From the NCBI GenBank assembly GCA_976551045.1, contig CDPCPM010000060.1:3782001-3846000 (forward strand): DNA of 64,000 bases, given 5' to 3'. The notes under the pieces are model-generated. The model did no database searches. It saw only the letters and a program-made list of their open reading frames with translations, and had not been told where the DNA came from. Shown piece by piece: positions 40,055 through 53,796 of the stretch. A program made the position numbers and the translations under genes. The DNA is from Glaucostegus cemiculus (lineage: Eukaryota). Each line of letters begins with the position of its first letter. Within the stretch, counting starts at the first letter, position 1.

Positions 40055-40186
40055 TGGTGGTTAAAGGTTACGGGGAGAAGGCAGGAGAATGGGGTTGAGA
40101 GGGAAAAACAAACCAGCCATGATCGAATGTTGGAACAGACTCGAGGGGCCAAATGGCCTAATTCTGCTCCTATGTCTTATGGTCTA
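40055..40186 (+). mobile_element. Short, relatively young CR1 3' end
   Basis: GGTTACGGGGAGAAGGCAGGAGAATGGGGTTGAG...GACTCGAGGGGCCAAATGGCCTAATTCTGCTCCTATGTCTTATGGTCT. Confidence 0.8.
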
Positions 40187-41721
40187 AAATAGGAACAATG
40201 GACAGACAAATTATAATTGTTTTAATGAAATGTGATGCCTCAAATTGTATTTGTCTACTATAGCCTTGAAGTGCAGTTTTGAGAAGTGTTTTTTGACTGC
40301 ATGCTTTAGTGATGGTGCCTCACTTGCTGGGAGCACAGGTTAAGACCTTGGGAATGTGCTCCATATGACCTTGTCTCCATTAAAATCATTGGATGGCAAC
40401 TGATGTTGATCATGTGCCTGAGCTTTCTGATATACTTTGCCAACAGGTGAGCTCTAGGTGAAGATCTCAAAATCATAACAATATTTCTTAACTGCAGCAT
40501 TTACTTCGAGATGGTTTCAGAACTTAGTATGTCTTTGGTTCTCCGTGCTTTCTATTTTTACTTAGACTTTAGTTGATCTCTTGTATCCAGTGTAGAATAA
40601 TGGATTATAATTACACACTGCTTCATTGCAATTAAAACTTATGGATTTGAATCTAGAATTAGGAAGCCAATGTTATTCTAAGTCCGTAAATCATTGATAG
40701 GCGAGAAACGGAACCTCAGGTTATACAAGGACATTACAGCCAATCCCTCTTCCCTCTTCAATGAAAAACACTTGAAAACATGTCACATATCAAGTATCAT
40801 AATGAAAAAAGAAAGCCCAAACAACCCTCCAGATCCCCCACCTACTCCCACCAGCAGCCCCCCCCCCCCCCCCCCCCACCGACTTCAGCTATCCTCAGAG
40901 AGACAGACGTTGTGACATGACTGGACAGATAGGAGCAAGAATGGTTATTTAACAGTGAGACAGGATTTATTGACTTTTGTGCATAATGAAAAGTATTAAA
41001 AATGTTCATTCCAGCTTAGCTGAAAGGAGCTGTCCTGGCATTGCAATCTTTGCTTGTGAAACATGGTTAGGCTTACAAACCTGAAGGAGCAACTTCATTA
41101 GATTAGAGAGCCTTTTGAATTAGTGTCAAGAATGCAGCAATTTAACAGCGAGCTGAACCTGAACTTGCAGCTTGCTCTAGCTCATCAAACTGTCAGTCAG
41201 TAATACTCAGTCCTGACACACTGAACAATATTCTAGTGCCAAAACCGATCTGAGTGTTCATTTTCCAAGGGCCCCACCACACACGGAACAATGCACTTAG
41301 CTACCTAAAGGTGGCAGGAACCTGATGGTTCAACATATTATGAAATGGAAGACTAAAGTTTGCACATTTATGTATGCACACTAGAATATTTATTCTGTTA
41401 AAAGAATGTCAATCAGAAAGCAATAGCACTGGGGACATCATAAATTTCTAAACTGATCCTGAGGAACAGACACTAGCTGTCATGTTTGAACTAGCATTTC
41501 ACTGCTGGGGTAATGGATGCCTTCATCTGGCCCAGCAGTCAGCAGATTGCCCTGTGTTGATGGATACTGTCAGCTGAATGCTACACTAGATTTCACTGCA
41601 CAATAAACACGGCTTTCCGAGTCCATGCAAAGTGAAATCAATTTATCCTGTATGCTTGGTGCATGCTAAATGAAATTAATGTACTGTGTTGCTCTCTTTT
41701 CTTCCTGCTCCGGTGTTTCAG

Positions 41722-41955
41722 GGAGTAAGGCAATGAATGGGTCTCCAGCTAAACTACAGCAGTATTATTGTTGGCCAACAGGAAGCACTACAGTGACGGA
41801 GGCACGGGTCTACAGAGAAACCAGGGGTCGCAGCAACAACGAGCCGCATATCAAACGACCAATGAACGCTTTCATGGTGTGGGCAAAAGATGAGCGCAGG
41901 AAGATACTGCAAGCATTTCCAGACATGCATAATTCAAACATCAGCAAAATTTTGG
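41722..41955 (+). CDS. sox6: Sox6 coding exon, N-terminal part of HMG box (GSKAMNG...[37 protein letters not shown])
   Basis: Acceptor tttcag|GG and donor TGG|gtgagt. 234 nt, phase 1 to 1. Contains the RPMNAFMVW Sox signature. Confidence 0.98.
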
Positions 41956-44900
41956 GTGAGTAAATTGGAGGAAATCTTTAACATGATTCTTTGGATACGA
42001 TTCACCTCCTTCCTTTCACCACATATTGCCCGATCCATATCAATCAAAAATATTGTGACACCACATAAGTCCAAAGTATCAATATATGGAGTAAAATCTG
42101 TGACAGAATTCCAATAGTTAACTTCAAGAAACTGTATTCCAGGAATGTGGTAACCTACATTTATGAATAGTTTAGTACTTTAATATATTTGTTGCACACC
42201 TCAAGAATGAGATACTGTTGTCATTCACTGCAGGTCTTCCTGCAGAGGTACCACCATGGTACCTTCCTACTGAAAGCCATGCCATTATTTTCAGAGTGCC
42301 TGGATAGACTTATGCAGGTACTGCAGGGAAGGTGTTCTGCAAGAGTTCTATCAATTGAATGGCAAATCCACTGAATCCCTCAAAAAGTGCAAATTGCTAA
42401 AGTTGATCAGTTCTTCTCAAAGTCTATTTAATTTTTTTTCTGAGTCAGGTAATTGAGCAGAAAAAGAATAATAGGAATAAATGCAACGAAACGGGATGAA
42501 AAGCATAATCTTTATAGTTTGGATATGTGCAGAGAGAAAATGCCATTCATGTGCACAAAATATTGCATGGTAGGATTAACCATTTTGTTTCAGTGAAGTG
42601 AGACAAGGTAAAATGATTATAAGAAATAAATGGAAAATGTGACAAATTGAATAGATATCAGGAAGAACTTTGTTCATTCAAGTTGTAATAAAGATTAATA
42701 ATAATCTATTAATGCAAGATAATAAAAGCAAGCAAAATGCAATATAGGTTTTCATTGACTATCCACATTTGCATTTGCTATGGAATAAAGTCTCGGTGCC
42801 TGTAGGAGACAGCTAGGTGAGAATGTCTTCGTAGTCTTAATGATGTCATTTGTGTTATGTTGTGGGAGAGAAGAATATTGCTGACAAATTGAAACATATT
42901 TGTTGTAGATCTATTTTTACACAGTGAGTACCAGTGTCGATTACCATAGTCTTGGTGTTGTTCTTTCTCCAGTGCCCTTACACAGACTAATCTGCCCCCC
43001 CACACCCCCCCATTCTCCTCTCCACACACCGCCCCCCCCATCCACCCAAACTAATTCCCAGTAGTTTGAATCCTAACATTGGATTTAAAACATCAGCTGA
43101 TTCTTGCACATTGAACTGTATCCTTTGTTCATAAGGTCTTTAGTTGATTAATAAGTGGCAGACTTTTTTTTTGGTAATTTTGGAGCTTTATCTATGTTAG
43201 TACAATTGAAAAGGCTGCATTTTACAAAACCACATTTTCCCCACTGAATTAGCCTGCCTTCCTTGTCCTGCTACAGACAAAATCACCAATCTAATGACAA
43301 GATGGTTAGGTGAGAGTATTGTTTGATTTAATGAGTGGACATAAAAGGGACTGTTATCATGAATGGTATTTAGATTCAGAAACACAGGCATTCACACTAC
43401 CTAAAACACTTTTAATAGGAATGAATAGTGATTATAGAAAGCAATCAAGTCTCCAGACACTTGGATTATCCTGTCGCAGACAAGATGGTTTGCATTTGAA
43501 ATATTTTTGTTGTGAAATCAAGTGTTGTGAATGGCAAAGATGGATACCAGCTGAAGCGGAAGGGCATCACTGTGGGGAGCGTGAGCCGGACGTTAGCGCA
43601 GTATTGTGTCCCGCTGACAAAGCTGGTAGCGTAGCTTGTGATTTAAAAAACAAATTTCCCATACGGCCACTGCCAGATCAGCAGTTTATTATCAGTGAGG
43701 GGAATAAAAACACAGCTCCAAGGGTCAGGTAGCATTGAGGAGCAGATGGATTTGTTTGCCAGGTTGCAGCTGGACACCACCATTTTTGAATTTATAATAT
43801 TTCTTTTAATAATTAAACATACAGTTTGTGTTCTTCTCCCATTCAGCTATTTAGCATACTCTGTAATGAAGTGAACTGTCCCTCATAGAGAAGTCATGAT
43901 TGCTATTTGTGCAACATTGATATGATTTAATTAAATGCTGATTGTTCATCACCTTCACCATACTTCAACCTCATTTGGTAGTAACTGGGAATCATGAAAT
44001 GGTTAAACAAAATAACTAAGTTGTTTTCTTCTTTAAAGAGATGTATTATTTATTTATCTCTTTTATATATTTTTGAGCTATAACCATCTACTGTGCTGCC
44101 TCATTGATTGTAAAAGGTGACTTATATAATGAATACATTTTTAAATATTCATGTCCCTCCAATACTTCTGATATATTTCTGGATTTATTTAATATCTCCA
44201 ATATTTATTGGAAAAGAATGTCAATCCATTTCATTCAAATGGATATTTATCATTTTAGCAAATGGTGTCTTTCAATATTTTAACTTTCAACATTTATTAA
44301 TAAAGTAATCTTAGTACAAAGTAGGGAATTATACCACACGAGTAAGTTAACTCTTTCCACATCCATAGGGAACTGCTTTAACATGCAAATTGCTGAGATG
44401 TGGCTGGCTGAAAAAATGAATTCTTCACATACTTCTACTAAATAATAGATTTGTGCCTTCAAATGGTGGTGTGGAATGTTGGAGCATGGATACTCATATT
44501 AATTACTGTGTCTGCAGCATTGAAATTAACATTAAATATCTCTGTTGAAGTGAATAATGCTGGCATTCCACAACATCATAACTACAGTGGTTGTATTAAA
44601 ACTATGAAATTGGCACAACTTCATTTATTGTGTTAGAAGTCTTATTTTATTAAAGTTCATTCAAATATTCAAATGTTTGCTCCATCCAAATTGTTCTCTA
44701 TTTTAACTTTTCAGCAGATGCTTCTTCACTAAATTAACATTTTAAATTATGTTTTCTCAATTTCTGAGATTATCAAAATTTCCTTTATTTTTTTGGAAAA
44801 ATCTAAGACTGGAATCATAGCAACAAACTTCTGATCAGTCGTAATTAAATCCATTTCCACTACCTTGAATTGTTCAAAATTCCTGATTGATTAAGTTTAA

Positions 44901-47767
44901 AAATGATAATTCAGAATTCATGAGCAAAATATCATGCAACTTATGAAGTACTTTAAAAGCCCAACCCAATGTCTGAATTTCTAATGAATGCACATGGTTC
45001 GTTGGTTTTTGGGTTTGGTTAGAATGAGCAATTAAATGAATGGAATAGTAGGTGCAGATGTGCTACTTTGTAATTTTTATTCAGTTTATATAATCCTCAA
45101 TCCAAACATAACACTTAATAGCAATATCAGTTGTGTGCAATTCTAAGAACCCAATCGAATAGCTAGGTAGCTCTAAAACCAACGATGTGCTGGTAGTTTG
45201 GTGGCATCCAGTGCAATAAAACCCTTTTAATTGTAAGTGAAAGTGAACAGAAACTTTTATGCTGTGAAGTAAATCTGGGTTTGGTTCTAAATCACAATTT
45301 CAATGTTTAAAAGAATAGGTAATGGAGTTTTCTGTTGAATGTACTGGAGCTCATAGTCACTGCTGCCTCAGAGATTGCTTTCAAAAGTTGCGTCAAAAAT
45401 GGTTTGCTGAGCCTTCCTTTTCTGAAACCTCAGCTGTACTAACTTCTGATGAGAGTTCCACTTGGATGCAAACAATTAATAAAAATATTGCACACTTTAG
45501 CAGCATATGCTCACACCTCTGTGACCCTAGAGCCAAAGCATATATATTGTGGTTCAAGTGGTAGCATGCACTAGCCTATGTGCTTTTTCCCTACAATTAG
45601 ATATCCCGTCATCCAAATGGAAAGCTTTTTCTGCTTCAAGTATCTCAAACGATGACATTTTTCTAAATGCTGGGCTGTTAAATTTGTACTGGGTGGCAAT
45701 AAGGTTCAGAAATATACTTCATGCTTTGTGCTAGAGATTGGTATTTTCTGAATCATCACACCATACCAACATTCTACAAATAAATCATTTTTGATGCTGC
45801 CTATCAAGCATTTTCTTTTAAATATTGGATAACATTTTAAATGTTGAATAAAAGATGATCTCAGGATGATAAAAGGTTTCTTTATGGTATCACCAATATG
45901 ACAGTTGAGTACTTTTAAACTTGATTTGCAGTAAGTCCGCCTTCTCAGATTATATTCGTGGAGGTTAGAGGTTACAGAACAGGGCAGCAGGATGAGTGAC
46001 TGACTGGGCACAGTCTTCTCTACCTTGAGGAATATCATGCATCACCTAAACACTAAAAAAAGCAACCAAAAGTGCAATCCAGATGTGTGAGACAACTGTG
46101 GGTGACATGCACCCCTGATCATTGAATCTGAGCTGGAAATTTAGGAAACACCAACATTACTGAGATGCCTCATTGGAACAGGAAATGGAGATTCAGAGCA
46201 AGGAAGGTGAATCTTTCCTGATATGCTGTCAGGTAGAACATATCTTGTGAAAAGGTATACTGATTTCACAGGAAACATGTTTGACACCAGCCTCAGAGCT
46301 CATGAACAGACTAGTGCAAAAATTCTGATGCAGTGGAACTGTAATGATGTCCAATGTTTGCTCCAAAACAGCTGTTTTAATGTAACATAAAGCAAGTATA
46401 TATTAAAGTGCAATCTGGAGAATAACGAAGTGAGTTAAAAAGTTACTTACAGTTATTCCCATTTATATAACTGGAGAGTGAAGGAGGAGGGGAAGAAAGC
46501 ATGTTTAAGATGACTACATACAAAAGAAAATCTTGCCCTTTTCCCCTCATTTACCAGCATGAATGTTGTGATCCATGGTCCTTTTCAGAGCAGTGTTCCA
46601 AGCACAATCCACAGGGCCAGCAGATTTACTTCTAAGCTCCTAGGATAAAAGATGAAAGAGGCATTATTGTCAGTTTTTATTTTCACATAGTGAAGATGCA
46701 AGAAGAGGGAAATTGAGAATGACACAGAGCTAGAGGACATGACAGAGATAAGCTAGGAAGATGCCAAGGAGCCAGAGTGTCAATGCAATACAGAAGGAGG
46801 TCTCTCAGCCCATTGAGTCAATGCTGGCTCTCTGTAGATCAATCTGCAGCTCCATTCCTCTGTTCTATCCTCGTTCATTTCTTTCAAGTGACTATACAAT
46901 TTTCTCATGAAATAATTGATTGTTGCCACTTCCATCACCCTTGTAGGTTGAGAGTTCCATTTACTGCATTAAGTAATTTCTTCCTCACATTCCCCCCTGT
47001 ATTGCCTCTCACCTAGAAGTTTATTATCAACTGATGGGAAGAATTAAGGTTATGGGTGTGAACTTAATACAGGTGAGTAAACACATATTTGTGGATCTTG
47101 GGAAGGAATGGATACATAGATATACTAGAATATTAGTTGAACTGTTTTCTGTTGTCTGAGATCTGAATTTAAAAGGATTCTTCACTGAAATGTAATCAAA
47201 CTGAGATGTGATTCTGAAACCAACTTTCTGCTTGTAAGGCTCTTACACATGGAGAGGAACATGGTTCCCTGTGTGACATCATAACTGGCCCCAAAGCATA
47301 GTTATCATAAATAATGGAAAATCCATGGTCCTTCCGTATATAGCTGATTCTATCTTTGACATAAATGAAAAGAAAAAAATCTTACCACAATTGTTCCACA
47401 AAATCTGTTTCTTGTTAAATTATTTGTTGATGTTCCATTTCCTCCAGAGTGAAAAAAAATCTGTTTGAAATTAATGTCCCTTCATTCAATACCTTCCATC
47501 CCTCTTCAAGCAAAAGGAAGAGATTCCACGTGCTGCACTTTCACCATATGGGGACCATTGTATATTACATATCAATGGATAATGTTTGTTGTTCACAAAA
47601 TGTAATTCCACTGTTGGCAACATTTTATTGGTTCTAAACTGCTGTGCAGATTGCGAGGCAACATCATGCTTCACTTTAGCAATGTTTTGACCAAGACCCT
47701 GTCACAAAGCACCAACTGTTCTTAATTACAATCAGTATCTTTATAATCATTGTAACTACATTATTGC

Positions 47768-48090
47768 TTAGGATTTTGCAGCAATACAGCAAACTCAAGA
47801 TTTGTTATATTGTGTCTCTCCCCAAAACAAGTCTCCGTTTTAAGTCGATTAGATTAAACGAGATATGTAGTACTCGGAAGTCCCGTGTATGTACAATATT
47901 CACAATTGTGGATGCAGTTAGTGGCTACGATAATAAAACCTGGTAACGATCGGAGGGCCTGCATGAGAAAGTGTAGACACGATACTGGAAACTACACCAC
48001 AACATCCCGTTCAAGAGCACGAATTGCCAAGTCAGAATTGCAAGAAAATTCCACATTATTTTATTGTATATTTTTCTCCCTTGCTGGCTA
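47768..48090. other. CpG-retaining element resembling an ancient conserved repeat (MER121-like by recall)
   Basis: 11 CpGs in about 190 bp within a CpG-depleted intron, plus palindrome CACAATTGTG at 47901. The family assignment is unverified. Confidence 0.45.
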
Positions 48091-48744
48091 CTGTGCTCTA
48101 CAAGTTGTCCCCAGGAGAATTGTTAGTGTATAGTAGGGTTAAGCCTTTACATCCTTAAATTAATGCTTTCAACATTTTTCACTTGGCAGTCTCCTTTAAA
48201 AGGAAGACTTTAATGATAAAATGAAACATACGGTAGCCACTTAACTCCATAAGGTTGTGTCTCACTTTTATGAACATTTTGTTTTAAAATGAAAAAAAAT
48301 GTGCATGCAAGTATGCTATTTTAATTTCACTGAATCTTTATTTTCAAAATTAGTTTTTTACAAACAAATAAATAATTTAAAGCCTGCAGAAAGAAAATCT
48401 ATTACTAAGAATAAAAATAAAGTAAATTGGTAATGAGTTGTTTATATTTAGCCACAAAAGTAATTACATAAATGACATATTGTAAAATTTGGTTGAGAGT
48501 CACAGTTCTTACATTATGCATGCAATTAGAGAACGCTGTATTAATTTTGACTAAATCATTGGTCAATGAGGGAGTTGTGCAACATAGTGGAATGCTATTC
48601 AAAATCAGGATGAGTGGGGAATTGATCAGCAAATAGCAAAATAACAGTTGAGTGATTTGTAAGAAATAGAAACAGCAATAGGACATGGCCTTTCTCACCA
48701 ACTCTAACGTTCAATAACTTCATAGCTGACCTTTTACCTCTGGG

Positions 48745-49215
48745 ACAATTTCCTGTACTAACCCCACATCTCTTGATAATCTGAATATCCAAAAATCAAT
48801 TGAATAGGCTCAGCAAATGATCCTGTGCCATCATCTTCTGTTGGGAATTCCAAACATTCATGAGCATCTGGATGAAGAAACTGCTTCTGATATGCACTGC
48901 ATGACCAACCTCTTATTCTGAGACTGTGATTCCCAGTTATAGACACCCCAGTGAGAGGAAACATCATTCTTGCATCTACTCTGTCAAGCCCTTTAAGTTT
49001 TTTGTACGTTTCAAAGAAATTGCCTCTCATTTTTTTTTTGAACTTCATACATTATAGTTCCAATCTACTTAGTTTCTTCTCACAGAACAATCTTTCCCTA
49101 CCCCATGAATCAAATCTGGCGAACCAATGTTCTTCTTCTACTGCAAATATTTCCTTCCTCAAGCAGGAAGACCAAGCTTGTGCACAATATTCCCAGGTAT
49201 GGTCTCACCAGGCTC
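48745..49215 (-). mobile_element. CR1 LINE ORF2 C-terminal fragment
   Basis: Minus-strand translation ETYKKLKGLDRVDARMMFPL...GNHSLRIRG is the classic CR1 ORF2 tail. Confidence 0.85.
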
Positions 49216-49496
49216 CTAAAGGCATCTTTACCCTTGTGCTTAAATTGTTTTCCAGTAAAAACCAAGGTACTGTTTACCTTTTAAATTACTTGCTTTCCAA
49301 TTGTACGGTGCTGACTTACACAATTCAAGATCTTCCATGGCCCATTGGCCCACGAAGGCAGTGGCTGGAGGAGGGATTAAAGCATAAAAAATATCAACCA
49401 TGGTGTTCCCTCTTAATGACTGTCCAGTGGGTTTTGCTGGAAATTATATCCATCTAGGGAGAGGGTCAGACTTTATCACGTTATGCCACACAGTAA

Positions 49497-50186
<690 letters not shown>

Positions 50187-51328
50187 TGAAACTTAGTGGT
50201 TATTAATATCCATCAACTATAACCCGTTTTATATCCAGATTCTCCAAATAATTTGAAGCTAGATCACTTTAACCTCTTTTTCATGTTTCCCTTCTATAAT
50301 TTTCCATAATATGATACATATATACTCAGTGAGTCTGCAAGTACACAACTTAACAATTTGGATTCAGATGTTTGTTATTGTTTAAGTTACACAAGTTCAT
50401 TTTAGCCAAATAGAGGTGGGCTCTTCTACACTGAAGTTAAGTATGAATGGATCTATCTATGCAGAGACGTACAATACAGCATGAAAGTATTCTGACAAAA
50501 TATCACTTGCATTTTAACAATTACAATCCCACTTTTTCATAGAATTATCCTATTGTTTGAGGGAAGTTAGTGGTGGTAAAAACAGTATTTTCTTTTGAAA
50601 ACATCCGGCATTAACAAGTCAGATCAACTAGAGACGAGTAAACCTTCTGTTCATTATGCCTCTATCCAATCTTAAAATGCCCAGATGAATCAATGTGACA
50701 TTGTTTTATGCTTTTTATGTAATTCAAACATATGGCTTTTCTGGATAAGATTGGAATTTTGTGTTGTGAACTTGGATTTACTCCGAACTATGTTTAGAGT
50801 GTTGAAACTCATTTAATATTAGGTCCCGGAGGCAGAGTGAGTGTGAAATATGAACTTTCCTTGCTGTACTTAAAATCTAGAAATTAAAGGACATCCAGCC
50901 CCCAGCCCCCCCCCCCCCAATAATAAAATCAGATTAATGGCCCTTCAATGGCAAATTCACAAGCTTCTGAAACCAGACAGCCACATATTTTCCTAGAAAT
51001 TCATTCCTGGTTGGTAATGCTAACCATACGAAAAAGTTGCAACATGAGTGGAGTGAATTTTGAATGTAGTATACGATGGTCTAAAAGAACTATGACTGGG
51101 GAAGAACCTCCTAGAGTAGGAAATCCATTAACTTGTATCTAGTTGAATGAATGGAAATTGGGCAATAGCTACTTTAATGAGGGCAACCTGTAATTTATTT
51201 ATAAGTGACAATGAATAGGTATTTGGCTGAGATCGGAATAAATTTATTCTCACAACCGCTGCAGATGAATTAACCTTCAAACACTTTTTATTGCCCAATC
51301 TCACTTTTTCTGGCAGAATTATGTATGT

Positions 51329-51618
51329 TAAGATAAGATTTCTTTATTAGTCACACATACATCAAAATGCACAGCGTAATGCATCTTTGTGTAGAATGTT
51401 CTGGGGACAGCTCACAAGTGTTGCTGCTCTCCCAGCGCTGACATAGCATGCCCACAAATCCTAACCTGTACGTTTTTGGAATGTGGGAGGAAACCGGAGC
51501 ATCCAGAGGAAATACACGCAGACGCAGGGAGAACGTACAAACTCCTTACACACAGGAGCTGGAGTTGAACCCAGGTCGCTGGTGCTGAAATAGTGTTACG
51601 CTAACCGCTGCACTACTG
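51329..51618 (-). mobile_element. Near full-length V-SINE
   Basis: Antisense V-domain GAATGTGGGAGGAAACCGGAGCA...GGGAGAACGTACAAACTCCTTAC, a tRNA-like head (GAACCCAGG...GCTAACCGCT) and a TAAGA tail. Confidence 0.88.
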
Positions 51619-51929
51619 TTGAACCATTGGAATTTCTGATCAATGTGAAAGCAGATGATCAGAGTTTACCATGTTAGCAAGTTTAATTGAGTTATATTTG
51701 GTGGTCAGTAGGGTTGTAGAGTTCACGATTAGAAAATAATCAAAATCCCATTAACACTAAAGTTCAGCATAAATAAAAATGCATTAAATTCACAGCTGCA
51801 GGGATTCACGGTAAATCATATGAATTGACTGGGACTCTCAGATGCCAGAATTGTAAGCAGGGTGTGTCATGATTGGCATTGACAAATGATTTAGAAGCTC
51901 GGAGAAAAGTGGTTGGATTGTATGTGCAT

Positions 51930-52097
51930 AACTTCCTAACCTGTATGTTTTTGGAATGTGGGAGGAAACCAGTGCATCTGAAGGAAACCCTTGCAGACAC
52001 GGGGAGAACATACAAACTCCTTACAGACAGTGGCCGAAATTGAACCTGGGTTGCTGGCGCAGTAATAGCATTATGCTAACCACTACACTACCATGCC
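51930..52097 (-). mobile_element. Partial V-SINE (head and V-domain)
   Basis: Similar to 51460-51618: GGAATGTGGGAGGAAACC...GGGGAGAACATACAAACTCCTTACAGACAG. Confidence 0.85.
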
Positions 52098-52214
52098 TGA
52101 TCAGATCAATTGCCTTTTGGATATTGAATTACATAGCCAAAATTGTAGGAGAGGTGATATCAGACTACATAACAGTTTTCTCAAATCGATCCTTCAACCC
52201 TGCCTGCAGGTCTG

Positions 52215-52450
52215 GTATCGTGGATCTCAGATTTGATGAAAAGCTGGAAGGGCTTGGACTTTTCTGCCTGTAAGAAATGTCACTGAGACATGATCTACTA
52301 GAGGTATACAGGTTGCTAAGGGGATTTGATCAAGATAAATCCAAGCTCACAATATTATTTTAAATTAAATTCCAACTGTACAACAAAAGAACACATACCA
52401 AAGCCTGTAACTTTAAAATTAGGGTCAAGAAACATTGCTGCAAACAAAGA
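52215..52450 (+). mobile_element. Decayed CR1 fragment
   Basis: Translation FDEKLEGLGLFCL resembles CR1 YEERLKELGLFSL, followed by GATCTACTAGAGGTATAC. Confidence 0.55.
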
Positions 52451-52824
52451 TTAGCCTATTACAATATACTTCCTGATAGAGTAGTGGAAGAAATAATCCT
52501 GGGACCATTTAAAAAGCAATTGACTGCTGAATAGGATGGAAGAGCAAAGATAGGGCCAAATGGCTATCCCTGTCTGAAGAATGCAGTGCAGGTCAGTATT
52601 CTTGGGCAAAATGTTAAACTCCTCAGAAGTCATAAAAATGGCAATGTGCATTACTGATATCATGAAATAGTTGTCCCAGACAGTAATTATCTGTATGGTA
52701 TTATAAATGGTAATAATGTTTAGTTATTAGGTAAATAAGTTATGTTATCCAATATTTTGGGACTTTAGCAAAAATATATTCGTTGACTGTACTTGCTAAC
52801 AAACCAGTATTCATCTGTGCATAG

Positions 52825-53128
52825 GCAACAGCCTCAGATTCCAATCACTACGGCAGCAGGTGTAGTGTATCCTGGTGCCATCTCAATGGCAGCCACAGCA
52901 GCGTCACCACAACTGACATCTGAGTGTTCCAGCGAGTCCGGCAGCCCAGAACCAAGCATCCCAGTCATCCAGAGCACTTACAGCATGAAGGGAGAAAGTG
53001 GCAACCTGGGCGTGAATGAAATGATGAATGGCGAAGATGAAATGGAAATGTATGAGGACTACGAGGATGATCAGAAATCAGACTATAGCAGTGACAATGA
53101 GAATCAGGAGGCCATCAGTGCCAACTGA
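52825..53128 (+). CDS. sox6: Sox6 terminal coding exon (QQPQIPITT...EAISAN*)
   Basis: Acceptor gcatag|G with branch-like ttgctaac upstream. 304 nt to TGA. The C-terminus (NGEDEMEMY...SAN) identifies Sox6 rather than Sox5 or Sox13. Confidence 0.96.
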
Positions 53129-53701
53129 GCAGCAACTGCAATCAGACTCTTTGAACAAAAAAAGTTATTGATGAGCCTGCATGTGTGGCTCCAACAGATT
53201 CATCAGCAATGGTCTTAACTGTTTCTTAATGTGTGAAGCATTCTGATTTGTTTTTTTTAATTTTTACAAAGTATCATGGACATTTTACATTACTGGCTAC
53301 AGTCTGAAAACACAAAAAAAATTAAAACATCAGGACTTGAAAGCTGTTGCTTAATATAAATTCATAGCTATCTGGCAGTCTTAATTTTTTTTCCTTTCTC
53401 TTTTTTGAGCTTGTTTTCAAATGCTTTAGTTACTGTTTCTTAAGGGGCGGGGGGTTATATTCTCACTCAGGTATGCTGTGCCAACCAGCAACTTGTGAAT
53501 GTGTTTTTAATCTGAACTATTTAAAATAATTTAAATTTCGTAGTTTTGAAAAGAAAGTTGGGGATGGGGTGGGGGGGTGGGAACCAAAATTAAAATAGCA
53601 GCACATGTGCACAAAAAGCACAGCATAAAGCAAACAACAAAGAGCTGAGCCCTGACTGGCTTTCCTTTATTTTTTTCTTTTTTTCTTTTTGATTTGCATA
53701 T

Positions 53702-53718
53702 TGTACAGTTTGAATAAA
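53702..53718 (+). terminator. Candidate proximal polyadenylation signal
   Basis: TGTA at 53702 followed by AATAAA at 53713-53718. The downstream GU-rich element is weak. Confidence 0.35.
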
Positions 53719-53722
53719 GAAA

Positions 53723-53730
53723 GTGCCAAA
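53723..53730 (+). promoter_or_regulatory. miR-96 8mer site (GTGCCAAA); further 7mers at 53478 and 57309
   Basis: Seed matches to miR-96 (UUUGGCAC). Confidence 0.5.
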
Positions 53731-53796
53731 CATCTAACAACATTTTAATCTTAACACTCTGAAAAGTCTTACATGGGAGACACTGCAAAAGTCTTA

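Noticed and set aside
43310-43732. 140-aa ORF
   Set aside because: No recognisable domain or splice context. It stays open partly because of local GC richness.
48951-49457. 168-aa + strand ORF
   Set aside because: It is largely the antisense of a decayed CR1 fragment.
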